The notes: generated from the sequence alone by a model not told the origin. Counted from the first letter of the whole stretch, positions 19,981 through 30,595 are shown. The stretch is 62,070 nucleotides of DNA, filler included, from Planctomycetota bacterium (GCA_026991575.1; 4 parts of 4 records of this genome joined end to end with filler, not necessarily neighbours in it); one strand, 5' to 3'. Program-made: numbers and translations.

Positions 19981-20055
19981 AAGCACGCTCCCGGGTTGAT
20001 TCGGCCATCCCCGCGGCAGGGCGCTGCTCTGCAGCCCCCTCGCAGGCACGCAGCT

Positions 20056-21675
20056 ACCACCGGCCACACGGTGCGCCATGACTACGACGTCCTGCACCGG
20101 CCGGTGAAGGTGATCGATCCCGATGAGGACACCGACCCGACGAACAACCCCGTCTGGCAGACGATCTACAACGCAGCCGACGAAGTGATTGCGACCATCG
20201 ATCCGCTGGGCCGCCAGACCAGCTACGGCTACGATGCTGCCTCGCGGGTGACGCTGATTGACCATGACTACGTAGATTCGCAGGGCAATGCGACGCCGCT
20301 GGCGGACTTCGCCTACACCTGGGATGCGGCCGGTCAGATTGTGGCGTACAGCGGCCCGAAGGGAACGCGCACGTATGCGTACGACCCGCAGGGTCAGCTG
20401 ACGGACGTGTGGGATGGTCAGGGGAACCTGATCGAGTACTACCGCTACACGCCCAATGGCAATCGAACGGAGTCGCACCTGCACGGGACCGGCTATGTGA
20501 CCGGAGCGGACAATCGGCTGCTGTCGGACGGAACCAATGACTACGAGTACGACAACGAAGGCAACCTCATTCGCAAGACGAACACGGTGACCGGCGAGGT
20601 AACGGAGTACAGCTGGGACTACCGCAACCGGCTGACGGTAGTGGTGCACAAGGATGGCCAGGGCAATGTGCTGTGGACTGAGACGTACGTCTACGATGCG
20701 TTCAACCGCCGGATTGCCTTCTACGAGGACCCCGACGGCCCGACCGGCCCAGAGCCGGAGCGGTTCACATTTGTGCTGCATGACCTGGCGCAGCCTCCAA
20801 CGGCCGAGCAGATCGCCCAGGGCGGGTTGGCCCCGTATGTGGATGGCATCTACGCGAGCGCCATCTTTGCGGCGAACCCGATTGCCGACTTCACGGATGC
20901 GGACACTTCGGATGGCATCACGCCGCAGCTCACCGAGGGCCGCCTCTACGCCGCGGCCATCGACTCCCTCCTTGCCCGTGAGGACGCCCTCGGCGACATC
21001 ACCTTCGACGTCACTGACTACCTCGGAAGCGTACGGGGCTGGGTCAATCGGGACGGCGGTATCCTAGAGACCATGGCGTACGAGAGCTTTGGCCTGCCGT
21101 TCGGTGGGTGGTGGAGCAGTTCGCGCTTTGGGTACGCCGGCCGCGAATGGAGTGGGCAAAGTGGCGTTTGGTGCATGCGGGCACGCGCGGTGAGTTCTCT
21201 CATAGGACGTTTCCTGGCTCCGGACCCGCTCGGCCACGCTGACACCACGAATTCCTACAGCTATGGTCACAACAGGCCCGTCTCGCTCGTCGACTTGACG
21301 GGCACAACCGCTGCGGATCCGTCGCTAGATGCACAACGCGATCAGGGCAACGGGCAACAAGGCGAACCTCAGGCCGCGGCACATCAGGACGGGTGGTGGG
21401 AAAAGCTCAAGGAAAAGATGAAGAACTGGATCAAAGCTCTCATCGAAGCCACCAAGACGGCAGCTGGACCACCGGTCGTAACCGAGGCGGCAGAAGCGGT
21501 CCCTGCAGCGGCAGGCATATTACTGCTGAAGGAAGCAAAGAGGCGACGAGGCGAAATGGTTCGCATAATCGACCGGGAAGCCAAAGGAGAAATCCAGCAC
21601 CGGGAGGCAGACAGACGGCTTCGCGACAAGAGAAGAGAAATCCAGGACATCACCCACCCCTTGCGCGATTGGTAG
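20056..21675 (+). pseudogene. 5'-truncated (orphan) RHS repeat protein with core and C-terminal tip
   Basis: YD repeats (YGYDAASRV, YAYDPQGQL, YEYDNEGNL), core FGYAGRE...GRFLAPDPLG...YSYGHNRPVSLVDLTG, then a 123-aa tip; no credible start. Confidence 0.85.
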
Positions 21676-21786
21676 GACGCGGCTGGCAGGTGCACGTAGG
21701 CAAGACAACACAACGTTGCCGCAACGTGTGTAGTCAGCCGGAACCGGCGTTCACGGCCGGAACCCTAGAAGCTCGGAGGGCTAGTG

Positions 21787-23841
21787 ATGGCTGCTTGGCT
21801 ACCACTTCGCCGGAGGGTGTGGCGGGTAGCTCTCGGGCTTGCTGGCGTGCTTGGGTGCGCGCCCGCCATGCCCTCGATCGGACAACAGCAGGCGGTTTCG
21901 TACGGACAGGTCAGTGCACGCAGCAGCCTGCGCTTTCACCGGTTTCGCAATGCCCTGCCCGGTGGCATCCCCGTTTCCCTGCAGGCAGCATCGGGCGAGA
22001 AGCTGGCAGTAGGGTACCTAGGAGGCACGCTAGCCATCTGCTCAATCGAAAAAGGCCCGATCGATGCCATCTTGCCTCCTTGGCGCATGGTTGTGGACCC
22101 GGGTAGGGCAGCGGTGATCGCCAAGGTCAAGACCTTGGCGACAGACGGCAAAGGGAAAGCAATTGTCGCATTGTCCGACGGGGGCCAGGCCTGGCACTGG
22201 GACATTGACCGGGGCAACGCGACACAGCTACCTGATTACGGTGGACTGGTTGCTGTTGCGATTGACCGAACGGGACGATTCGCCGCGGCAGCAGCACTGT
22301 CCGGCCGCCTTGTCCTCTGGGACCTAGCAGCTGCCGAGACTGTGGTCCGCGCGATGGCTCGTGGGTCCCGTGTCAGTGCCCTAAGCTTTGTCGATCCCAG
22401 ACGCATTGTTGTATGCCACCAAGACGGTCAACTTTCAGTCTGGCGCCCTGGGAGCGCGCCGGAGACAAAACTCCTGCTGCCGCACGGTGTCGCCCGGGCA
22501 TGGCAGGACGCAATGGCTGGACGGCTGCTACTCTCGGATGAACATGGCCAGGTTTCGCTCGTAACGATCGGGCTCGGCGAGGCAATGCTTCTAGAACGTT
22601 GGTCGTTGCCGGCGGCGCCGCTGGATTTGGTGGAGTCGGACGACGGATGGTACGCCGCAGGATGGGCCGAGCGCAGCCAGGGTGGCAACGGTATTGCCGT
22701 CTACCGCCTGATGCGCGGGCAGCAGGCGCAGAAGGTGACAGACATCAAACTACAGGGCTCTGGCTACAAGACTGCCGCCTTTGTGAGGGGAGGTCAAGCC
22801 ATTGCACTTGCTCGAGCCGACGGTGTAATCGAGGTGTTCAATGTGGCCACCGGCGAGCTCTCATCCGTACTGCGGCCCGACTTGGATGCGCCGCTTGCGG
22901 TTGCTCCAGGAAAGGACGGACTGCTCGGCGTCGTGTATCGGCGTTCTCTTGCGATCTGGGATCTCAGGACGGGCAAGATCACCCATCGCAAGCCGGTGGC
23001 CCTGCGCAGCTCCGTGCCCGATGCATGCCTTGTTCGCGGTGATCACCCGCGCCTCTTCGTCGCAGACGCTGACAGGCTGATCGACTGGCATCCGCTTACG
23101 TCTCGCATCAGCAGTACGAGATTATGGGCCGACTCAAGTGGCAGCCAAACACGCATCGCGACTGACGCCGGTGGCCAGTTCCTTCTGAGCTGGTCTCTTG
23201 GCGAAGACAGGGGACCGGTGGTTCTCTGGACGTTTCACGACGGCAAGTGGCGGGAGCAGATGCGTGCGCAGCTCGACCATCCCACTGGTACTGTTGCCCC
23301 TTCCGGTGTTGCTGCCCTGGTAAGCGGCTTCGATGGCCGATACGTGATCTGGCCGTTGCGCCGCTCTGACTTGCCACAGCGGGGTAAGCTCGCCCGAGAA
23401 GCGCCGGTGTACGTTCAGTTCGTCGACGGGCATTCGAAGCTGCTAGCGGTACACCTAGACTGCAGCGTTTCCCTCCTCGAGCTGCGCAGTCGCCGGCTCT
23501 TGAAGAATCTCAGACTGCGGCCGGAGATCGCTGCTGCGTCGCAGGCAGTCATGTGGGCCTCAGCTGCTCCCGGCGGTACACATATCGTCGCTGTTTGCAT
23601 GGATGGACGCGTCTACGCTGCTCGGCTACACAGCAAGACAAGCGTATGGGAGTTGCTGCCTGCGGGATTCGCCTACCCGCTATCCCCAGCGATCAGCGAC
23701 ACAGGGCTTTGCTACCTGATCACCGAAAACGCGATTGAGGTCTGGAAACTGCGGCCAGCACGGCCCACCTTCTGCGGCATTCTTGTATCCTTGCGGCAGA
23801 GCTCCACATCGCGTTTCCAGCGATTCTGTAGTGTGGAATGA
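21787..23841 (+). CDS. WD40-like beta-propeller protein, probable lipoprotein
   Basis: GGAGG RBS; leader ending VLG-C; repeated GRLVLWD, GQLSVW, GVIEVFN, LAIWD strands. Confidence 0.7.
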   Translation: MAAWLPLRRRVWRVALGLAGVLGCAPAMPSIGQQQAVSYGQVSARSSLRFHRFRNALPGGIPVSLQAASGEKLAVGYLGGTLAICSIEKGPIDAILPPWRMVVDPGRAAVIAKVKTLATDGKGKAIVALSDGGQAWHWDIDRGNATQLPDYGGLVAVAIDRTGRFAAAAALSGRLVLWDLAAAETVVRAMARGSRVSALSFVDPRRIVVCHQDGQLSVWRPGSAPETKLLLPHGVARAWQDAMAGRLLLSDEHGQVSLVTIGLGEAMLLERWSLPAAPLDLVESDDGWYAAGWAERSQGGNGIAVYRLMRGQQAQKVTDIKLQGSGYKTAAFVRGGQAIALARADGVIEVFNVATGELSSVLRPDLDAPLAVAPGKDGLLGVVYRRSLAIWDLRTGKITHRKPVALRSSVPDACLVRGDHPRLFVADADRLIDWHPLTSRISSTRLWADSSGSQTRIATDAGGQFLLSWSLGEDRGPVVLWTFHDGKWREQMRAQLDHPTGTVAPSGVAALVSGFDGRYVIWPLRRSDLPQRGKLAREAPVYVQFVDGHSKLLAVHLDCSVSLLELRSRRLLKNLRLRPEIAAASQAVMWASAAPGGTHIVAVCMDGRVYAARLHSKTSVWELLPAGFAYPLSPAISDTGLCYLITENAIEVWKLRPARPTFCGILVSLRQSSTSRFQRFCSVE

Positions 23842-24078
23842 GAAAGACGGTTTGCCCAAGGGACCAGGCCTCCGGGAAAGCTCAGCAGGATACGTCCTGC
23901 CCACGAGGCTACCCAGCGATTGGTTCTTGCGGAGAGTCACAGAGTAAGGATGCAGTCTGGTCATGGGAAACGTGCCATCAGGTGCTGCACTACGCCGTGA
24001 AGTCTCTACCTGAGATGAACAAGGTGGAAGCAAGCTGAGCTACGCGACCGGGCCTGTCGCAAGAGACGCAAAGGGGAA

Positions 24079-24170
24079 GTAACCGTCCACTGGGCGCGGA
24101 TGGGCGGCGCCGGGCGAGGACCGAGGTGAGGGTGATCGGCTTGGGTAACGCCTGATGAGTGGTGCTAGGC
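24079..24170 (-). mobile_element. probable IS66-family end remnant
   Basis: GTAACCGTCCAC at 24079-24090 matches the GTATCCGTTCAC end at 43057 at 10/12; no intact transposase. Confidence 0.4.
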
Positions 24171-24685
24171 ACAAGGAGGAGTCGCTCGCATCACGTGGCA
24201 GGTGCACGAAGGAGGCATTCAGGTTGTCCCCCGTCGATAGGCAGCCGGTGCATCCGTGAGATAGGCTGGGATACGGCACCCAACTGTCGGCACGTCTACG
24301 TGACTCTGACCAGCCGTTCCGTGCAGCGGGCACCAGATTTCGTGTCGTTGCCACAGCCGATCTTCCACCGGCCTAGCGGTGACGGCAGTTCCCGCTCAGT
24401 CGCGTTGGCCAGCGTGACGAGGGGGGTGCACAGCCGGAGCAGGGGATAGCAGCCGTCGCGACCGGTGCCCCGGATTCGCGCCCGCAGAGCGAAGTCCACC
24501 TCCTTGGAGAAAGTCCAATCCCGAAGATCGGTTGGATCGAAGTGAGTCCGACTCAGAGATTCGGACGTGCACACCCGGCGCAAAGGCTGGTCTGGATACG
24601 TGATCGTGGCGTGGGTCATTGTCACGAAGCCTTCGCGTAGCGGCCAGAATCCCCACGGCTGCCCGCCAAAACCTCGCGTCGCCGT

Positions 24686-26080
24686 TCAACTTGACCCGTG
24701 TGCTGCAGCAACCGTTGTTGCGCATTCGGCCGGGCGCCAGCGAAGCACCAGCGGCGCCGCCGGTCTGAGGGCCATTGTCATTCGTGGTCTCGGTTCACCC
24801 TCGGTACAGGGAGCAACGTCCACGAGACGGAGCGCGCTGGCCAGGACAAGCATCAACTCGGTACGTGCGAAGGCTTCCCCGATGCAGCGTCGCGGGCCCA
24901 GCCCAAAGGGAAAAAATGACCCCGGCCGGACGCGCTCGTTGCCCGGAGGCAGAAACCGATCTGGCAGGAACCTTTCCGCGTTTGGATACCAACGTTCGTC
25001 ACGTTGGGTGACATAAGGCGAAAGGCCAATCAAGCTCCCACGCGGAACAGTGTGCCCGCCGATGACAACGTCCGTCTCGGCCTGCCGCAGAAACAACACG
25101 CCGGCTGGTGGGTACAGCCGCAACGCCTCCTCAACAAAGGCCCGGAGGAAATGCAGTTTTTCCAAATCGTCGAACGCAGGGCGGCCGGGGCCGACCACTT
25201 CTTCCACTTCGGCCCGGCAGCGTGCGGCATGCTCGGGATAGCGTGCCAGCAGGTACCACAGCCAGTTCAACGCGGCAGCCGTCGTGTCGTGACCGGCCAA
25301 GAGCAGGGTCATCATCTCATCTCGCACCTCCTGCTCCGTGAGCTGCTGTCCCGTCTCGGCGTCGGTCGCCCGGAGCAGCGTTCCGAGAAGATCGCCTTCT
25401 GCGGGACGCTGGCGTCGTTGCCGGATGAAGTCCCAGAGCAGCCCGTCCAGAATCCCAATGGCACGCCGCTTGCGCTTGTTATGCGCTGTCGGCATCCACT
25501 GAGGGAGCCGCAACGGCAACTGTCCCTCTCGATACGCGACCTGCGACAGCATGACAACCGCTTCATGGATCTGATCCGTGACGCCGGTCGGATCGACACC
25601 GAACATCGTGCGGCAGACAATCCGCACGGTTAGCCGGACCATTTCTGGATCCACCGGGCGTTCGATCTCCCCTCCCGCGCGCCTTGCCTCGTCGGCTAGA
25701 GCCGACGCCCACTGTTCAGCAAGTTCACTCATGACCTCGGCGTAGCGGCGCAGCTGTGCGGGGGCAAACGCGTGTTGTACCAGGCGTCGGCGACGCACCC
25801 ACTCCTCACCTTCTGCCGTCAGGACCGTCGTGCCGTTCCATTGGCGAAAGACATTCATCAGACGGCGGTAGCGGAGTACGCTGCGGGCCCCAGTCGTGAG
25901 CAACTCATGCACGTGATCTGGATGAAAGAAGAGCCACAGCTGTATCGGACCCGCCGCCAGCCGCACCACGTCCCCGTATTCCCGGTGCAGAGTGCGGTAC
26001 GCGGCCAGCACGTCCTCGCGCAGCCTTCGTTGCCACGCCAGTAGTGCCCGGAGACCTCTTGGACCAGGAGCGTCGGACAT
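24686..26080 (-). CDS. cytochrome P450
   Basis: AGHDTT I-helix, EALRLYPP (ExxR), FLPDRF, FGLGPRRCIG heme Cys. Confidence 0.95.
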   Translation of the reverse strand: MSDAPGPRGLRALLAWQRRLREDVLAAYRTLHREYGDVVRLAAGPIQLWLFFHPDHVHELLTTGARSVLRYRRLMNVFRQWNGTTVLTAEGEEWVRRRRLVQHAFAPAQLRRYAEVMSELAEQWASALADEARRAGGEIERPVDPEMVRLTVRIVCRTMFGVDPTGVTDQIHEAVVMLSQVAYREGQLPLRLPQWMPTAHNKRKRRAIGILDGLLWDFIRQRRQRPAEGDLLGTLLRATDAETGQQLTEQEVRDEMMTLLLAGHDTTAAALNWLWYLLARYPEHAARCRAEVEEVVGPGRPAFDDLEKLHFLRAFVEEALRLYPPAGVLFLRQAETDVVIGGHTVPRGSLIGLSPYVTQRDERWYPNAERFLPDRFLPPGNERVRPGSFFPFGLGPRRCIGEAFARTELMLVLASALRLVDVAPCTEGEPRPRMTMALRPAAPLVLRWRPAECATTVAAAHGSS

Positions 26081-26767
26081 GGTTCTGCCTCCCGCACCCG
26101 ACGATATCGCCACGCGAGCCTACCCGTGAAACGCGCACGGTCAGTTCACTCTATCGCACGCTCCCTCAGTGGAACAACCCGCAGCCAGTGGGCGGGTGCG
26201 TTTCAGCCTGTGCAGGACAGCAGGGGCGCCGGAGCGGTGGTTTGGCCTCGCGCCGTGCCGTTGATTACTTGGTACCTAGCGCGGTGGTCGTCGTAGGCGA
26301 AGCGGAAGCCGGCCTGATCGGCCAGCCTGCTTGAAAACGGGCGGGTGGCCAGCTCTACGCCCCCACCCGCAGGGCTAAATTGAATAGCGCGGTCCATCCA
26401 CGGAGATTTCTTGCAGCCGTGCCGCAAGCGGATTCGCCCGCGGCACGGTGCCGGAACGCTGCCGTGCCACCTCGCTCGCCGACGGCGCCGGCAGGGCAAA
26501 GTGAACCGATGATGCAGGAGGCAAGCGCAGGCCGACAGATGGCGTAGTCGACACGCGCACCGTCGACCTCCGCACAAGGCGCTGTGGCACCGCGACATCG
26601 GAATCACCATCACGCGTCCCATCCACCCCAGCGGCGCAGTGCCTCTGTCGGCCATTGGCAGCGGCCTGCGAGACCCGTTTCCTGCCCGCGGCGCGCCGAC
26701 CCAGTCACGGCCCGAAGCGGCGTGATGACCAGTTGGCCGCGCTTCCTGGGCTTCGCTGGGAAAGTCC

Positions 26768-26953
26768 GTGGCAGTGCTCGGCCTCATCGCCGGTCAGCTT
26801 GTGACAGGCCCGGTTGGCACAGGCCTCGTGCTGGTCGCCGGTGTGTTCGGCGGGGGATACCTTGGATCCGTGGTCGGCGAGGAGCTTGGCGGCAAGCTAT
26901 ACGATATCGGCGCGTGGGCCATTGACAAGCTATGTGGCTGGTTCGGACGGTAA
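26768..26953 (+). pseudogene. C-terminal fragment of a glycine-zipper protein
   Basis: VTGPVGTGLVLVAGVFGGGYLGSVVGEELGGKLYD GxxxG series ending in a stop; related to 43419-43558. Confidence 0.5.
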
Positions 26954-27040
26954 GAGGTCTGGCGAGTGGTACGCCGTCATGCAGCAACACACAGTACGCA
27001 CGGTGTGCTGGGTTAGCAGGCCTGGAGTTTGTCGCTGAAG

Positions 27041-28592
27041 CTCGACTTTTGCAGTTTCTGAACGTCACGTGGCGATGCTTAGCACGGTGAGCGTAGGACG
27101 TAGGAATGATGGGGGTAATTTGTGCAAGTGGGGTGCGAGGGGGCTATTTGCAAAAATACAGTGCTCCCAGATGTGGGCCCGGACGACAGATAGCATGTCG
27201 GAGAAGCAGATAGTCTTCTTCCCCTGCCAACGGATAACCGGTTCGGCGTCTCGGCCTGTGGAACGAAGGCGGGCATAAATGAGGACGACAATGGAGTAGA
27301 GGCCGAATAGCAAGGGGGTAGCGCGGGAGACGGACCTGGCGAGGCGACAGCGGAGGGTTTCTGGACGGAAGTAGGTCTTGACCTCCTGGAAGGTGGTTTC
27401 GATGTTCCAGCGGCCGGTGTAGATGGAGACGATCTCTTCGGGGGAGAGCTTGGGGTCGGTACAGAAGAGGTACTCATCGCGGTGGGTGCCGTCGAGGTCC
27501 CTGACGTGCACCCAACGCATCGGTACCAGAGCCTGACCACGGCGATACCAGAGGCCGGTGCTGCTCAGCAGCGCAACGCGCCGTGTGCTTCCACCGTACC
27601 ACGACACGGTGGCCGTACGAGCCTTGCTCCGATGAGCCTGGACAAAGTCGACAGGCCGGGGTAGTCGCTGGCCTAGCTTGCGTGGCCGACCGCGGCGTCG
27701 CTGGGAACGGGCAGGCGGAGCCGCGTAGAGCAGGCAGCGTGGATGGCATTTGCCGACCAGGGTGAGGTGGTCGGCGTGACGCACTGCGAAGCGGGCGAGC
27801 AGGTGTGTGCTGAAGCCGCCGTCGACCGCCAGAGTGAAGCGAACGCCTGGCAGCCACCTAAAAACCCTGTACAACAGGACAATCGCCAGCTCGCTGGGAC
27901 TGCGGTACTTCCGGCCCAGGGCTTCGCACACGTCTTTGGGCAGGTACAAAGCCACGGCAAGCGGTAAGGCAAGCTTGCGGGTGGTCCAGGGCACAGGTAC
28001 CAGAAGAGCCAACACGATCCAGCGGTGCCCGTAGACGGTTACCGTGTGTGCCTGCGAAGAGCGGACCCCGTCGCGATGGCGTCCCTTGCCCCAGACATGT
28101 TTGCCGCGGTGTTCTACGGTCGTGTCATCCAGAACAAGCTCCAGCACACCCACCTTGGCCCGGAACGTCTTGACCAGCTGCCTGGCCAACACGCCGCCCA
28201 CCACCCATAACTTCCACGGAGCCTCCGACAGGAACCGGCAAAAGTTGCAGAGGTGCAAGTCAGCGATCGGCTCGATGGTCCGGACGATGTTTGCCACCGT
28301 GCGTCGCCCGTTGCATACAATAGCACCGAGCAGCAGGACGATGAACCGACGGAACGACCGCTCGGTGAAGGCAACCGCGAAGGGCTCAACCACGCTAGCG
28401 AGCGTCTTGCTGAGGCGCATCTTCGCCCTCCCTGGCTGGTGGTTTCGGTTTTTCTCGCCGAGGCCCAGGTGGCCTCACTCACAAGAATCCTACCGCCAGG
28501 GAGGTTTTTTGTCCCCCTTCTGCTGCCCCAAGAACCGGTTCCCTCAGCCCCTACCACGCCCACGCCGGATGACAAGAACCGCAAAAGTCGAG
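27041..28592 (-). mobile_element. complete IS701-family-like insertion sequence (1552 bp)
   Basis: IRs CTCGACTTTTGC(A/G)GTT (15/16) and 5-bp target duplication TGAAG at 27036-27040 and 28593-28597. Confidence 0.9.
27065..28420 (-). CDS. DDE transposase (IS701-like)
   Basis: LVLDDT, AVDGGF, YTGRWNIETTFQEVK. Confidence 0.9.
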   Translation of the reverse strand: MRLSKTLASVVEPFAVAFTERSFRRFIVLLLGAIVCNGRRTVANIVRTIEPIADLHLCNFCRFLSEAPWKLWVVGGVLARQLVKTFRAKVGVLELVLDDTTVEHRGKHVWGKGRHRDGVRSSQAHTVTVYGHRWIVLALLVPVPWTTRKLALPLAVALYLPKDVCEALGRKYRSPSELAIVLLYRVFRWLPGVRFTLAVDGGFSTHLLARFAVRHADHLTLVGKCHPRCLLYAAPPARSQRRRGRPRKLGQRLPRPVDFVQAHRSKARTATVSWYGGSTRRVALLSSTGLWYRRGQALVPMRWVHVRDLDGTHRDEYLFCTDPKLSPEEIVSIYTGRWNIETTFQEVKTYFRPETLRCRLARSVSRATPLLFGLYSIVVLIYARLRSTGRDAEPVIRWQGKKTICFSDMLSVVRAHIWEHCIFANSPLAPHLHKLPPSFLRPTLTVLSIAT

Positions 28593-28668
28593 TGAAGAGA
28601 TCTTGCACAAAAAAAACGCCTCCGTGCCATAGGTTAGGAAAAGCAAACCAAGAGCACGGAGGCGAGCA

Positions 28669-29886
28669 ATGGCAAGAGAAAACTGGAAATTTTCGGACGC
28701 CTGTTGCGAGCAATTGTGGCAGTTCGCGGCGGACCTGGCAAGGCCAATTCTGAGGAAGGAGGCACGTTGGCTGGTAGCGAGGCTGATGCTTGGGCTTGGC
28801 CTTGCCGGTGCACCTCACCTGACGAGAGCGTTACGTGCCGGCAGTGCGTGGAGCAATGAGGACTTGATGCGGTTGGAGAATCGAGCCTCCCGTCTGCTCC
28901 GTCAGCAGGCAAGTGATCGGGTGCCGGAGCCGCACATCGACCTGGTGATTGATCGTTACAAGAAGCGGGTGCTGAAGCACTTACGTGAGCAGGTGCTGGT
29001 GGCGGTGGATGAGACGGATCTGTCGAGGCCGTGGGCGAGGCGTCTGGAGGGGTTGGGCAAGGTAAAGGACCACAGTGATCCGGCGGGCGTGCTGCGTCCT
29101 GGGTACATGGCAGTGCCGGCAACGGCCGTGGAGCATGGTCGTCTGACGCCGCTGGCTCTGGCTTTGTTGGCGGTGTATTCGGGTCGAGGGGACAGCGAGA
29201 ACCGGGAGATGATCGCGTTTGTGCTTGGCGTGCTGGAGTGGCTGAGGGAGGCGGGCAAGGAGCCGCTGTTTCTGATGGACCGCGGGTTTGACCGGGTGGA
29301 GATTCTTCGGGCGTTGCTGGCGGCGGGGTGTCCGTTTGCGGTGCGTTCTCGCGGGGACCGGCATGTGGTGCTGGCGGACGGGGAAGTGGTGAGGATTTCG
29401 GAACTTGCGAAACGGTTGTCGGAGGGGGCGAAAGGCGTTCGTCGGATTGGACGCTTTCGGGTGAGGCTGCCTGGGCTGGAGGGGTACGAGTGTCTGTGCG
29501 TGGTGGCGTTGTTGCCTGGTCGTGATCCGCTGTATGTGCTGGTTTCTCCGGCGGCGCGTGGTAGGGGGCGTACACCGCAGTGGTGGGTGAAGCGCTACAT
29601 GAAGCGCTGGGCGGCGGAGCAGCTGAATCGGGGGCTGAAGCAGCTGTTCGACTTGGAGAAGTTTCTGGTCCGCACGTGGGTGGCGATTGAGCGGCTGATC
29701 TGGCTGTGTGCGATGGTGTTGTTCTGGATCAGTTGGTTCGCGGCCGAGCACAAGGCGGTCGTGATGTCGGAGCTGCGGAAGAAGGGGTACCTGAGCGAGG
29801 AGCCTGAGTGGCTCTTCTACGCGTTCTGCCAGTCGATCCTGCGTGACGATCCACCGTCGGCGGGGTACATGCCAGGGGGGCCCTGA
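28669..29886 (+). CDS. DDE transposase (IS4-like)
   Basis: VAVDETD, MDRGFD, YMKRWAAEQLNRGLK (YREK motif); GGAGG RBS. Confidence 0.88.
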   Translation: MARENWKFSDACCEQLWQFAADLARPILRKEARWLVARLMLGLGLAGAPHLTRALRAGSAWSNEDLMRLENRASRLLRQQASDRVPEPHIDLVIDRYKKRVLKHLREQVLVAVDETDLSRPWARRLEGLGKVKDHSDPAGVLRPGYMAVPATAVEHGRLTPLALALLAVYSGRGDSENREMIAFVLGVLEWLREAGKEPLFLMDRGFDRVEILRALLAAGCPFAVRSRGDRHVVLADGEVVRISELAKRLSEGAKGVRRIGRFRVRLPGLEGYECLCVVALLPGRDPLYVLVSPAARGRGRTPQWWVKRYMKRWAAEQLNRGLKQLFDLEKFLVRTWVAIERLIWLCAMVLFWISWFAAEHKAVVMSELRKKGYLSEEPEWLFYAFCQSILRDDPPSAGYMPGGP

Positions 29887-30159
29887 GGGGGCGCCCGCGG
29901 AAACTCACCTCTGTCTGCTCAGGGACCAAGGGGCACACTGGCCGCAGGGGGTGGTCGCGACGCACCGTGTGCACGACAGGGAGCTATCGTGCGCCGGTGC
30001 CGCCCACGGTCCGAGAGTGTCCCCTTCGGCACCCGTGCCCGCGGAGCGCACCCCGCCTACACGCTGCCATCCCGATGAGCGCTGTCTCGCTCGTGCTCGC
30101 TCCCCGCCCAGCCGGGCCCAAACTCGCTCCAGCCGCTTGCGGTCAGCGATAAACTCCAG

Positions 30160-30533
30160 CCACCAACGGCCGACCGCTCTCGCCACGACGGGCACGCAAG
30201 TCCAACACCCACTCCGTCAACGCCCCGATCAACTCCTCAGGGTCCACCACCTGAAACACCCGGGCAAACGTGTCGTGCGACGGAATCCCATGCGGCAAGT
30301 CCAGCCACTCGCAATAAAACTTCTTATTCTTAGGGCAGAACGTCTCAATCGCCCGAAAACTCTTGGCTCGACACACGATCGCGCACAACGCCAGCGAAGT
30401 ATGCTCATCAGCGGATGGCACAGGTTCGCACAATGCCGGCGTCGGTCCGGCACTCTTGACAAATGCTCCACCAGGGGAATCCTTTGTGTCCGAGCTATGG
30501 TTCTGCACTCCTCAAGCTCAGACAGTTTGCCAT
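30160..30533 (-). pseudogene. ISAs1-family transposase, frameshifted 5' remnant
   Basis: LVEHLSRVPDRR...HPLMSIL in one frame, LCAIVC...LDLPHGIPSHDTFARVF in another; cut off at the IS4-like IR. Confidence 0.85.
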
Positions 30534-30595
30534 GACCTCCTTCCCAAGGCAACCTCTGACCAGAGCCTCACTAGCCCAGTTCAAGCGCGTCAGCC

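Larger units (their letters stand above)
27022..30159 (+). mobile_element. IS4-family-like insertion sequence (about 1.58 kb net) carrying a nested IS
   Basis: 17-bp terminal inverted repeats CTGGAGTTT(G/A)TCGCTGA at 27022-27038 and 30143-30159 enclose the 28669-29886 transposase; no TSD seen. Confidence 0.75.

Noticed and set aside
19786..20055. N-terminal 90 aa of the 629-aa RHS ORF
   Set aside because: Read-through of the non-coding hairpin element; RHS-like sequence begins only near 20056
24180..24625. Possible decayed gene downstream of the P450
   Set aside because: No motif I can assign with confidence in any frame
29905..30195. ORF with ADRKRLERVW, faintly like IS3 OrfB
   Set aside because: Lies across the right IR and 3' non-coding part of the IS4-like element; no further motifs
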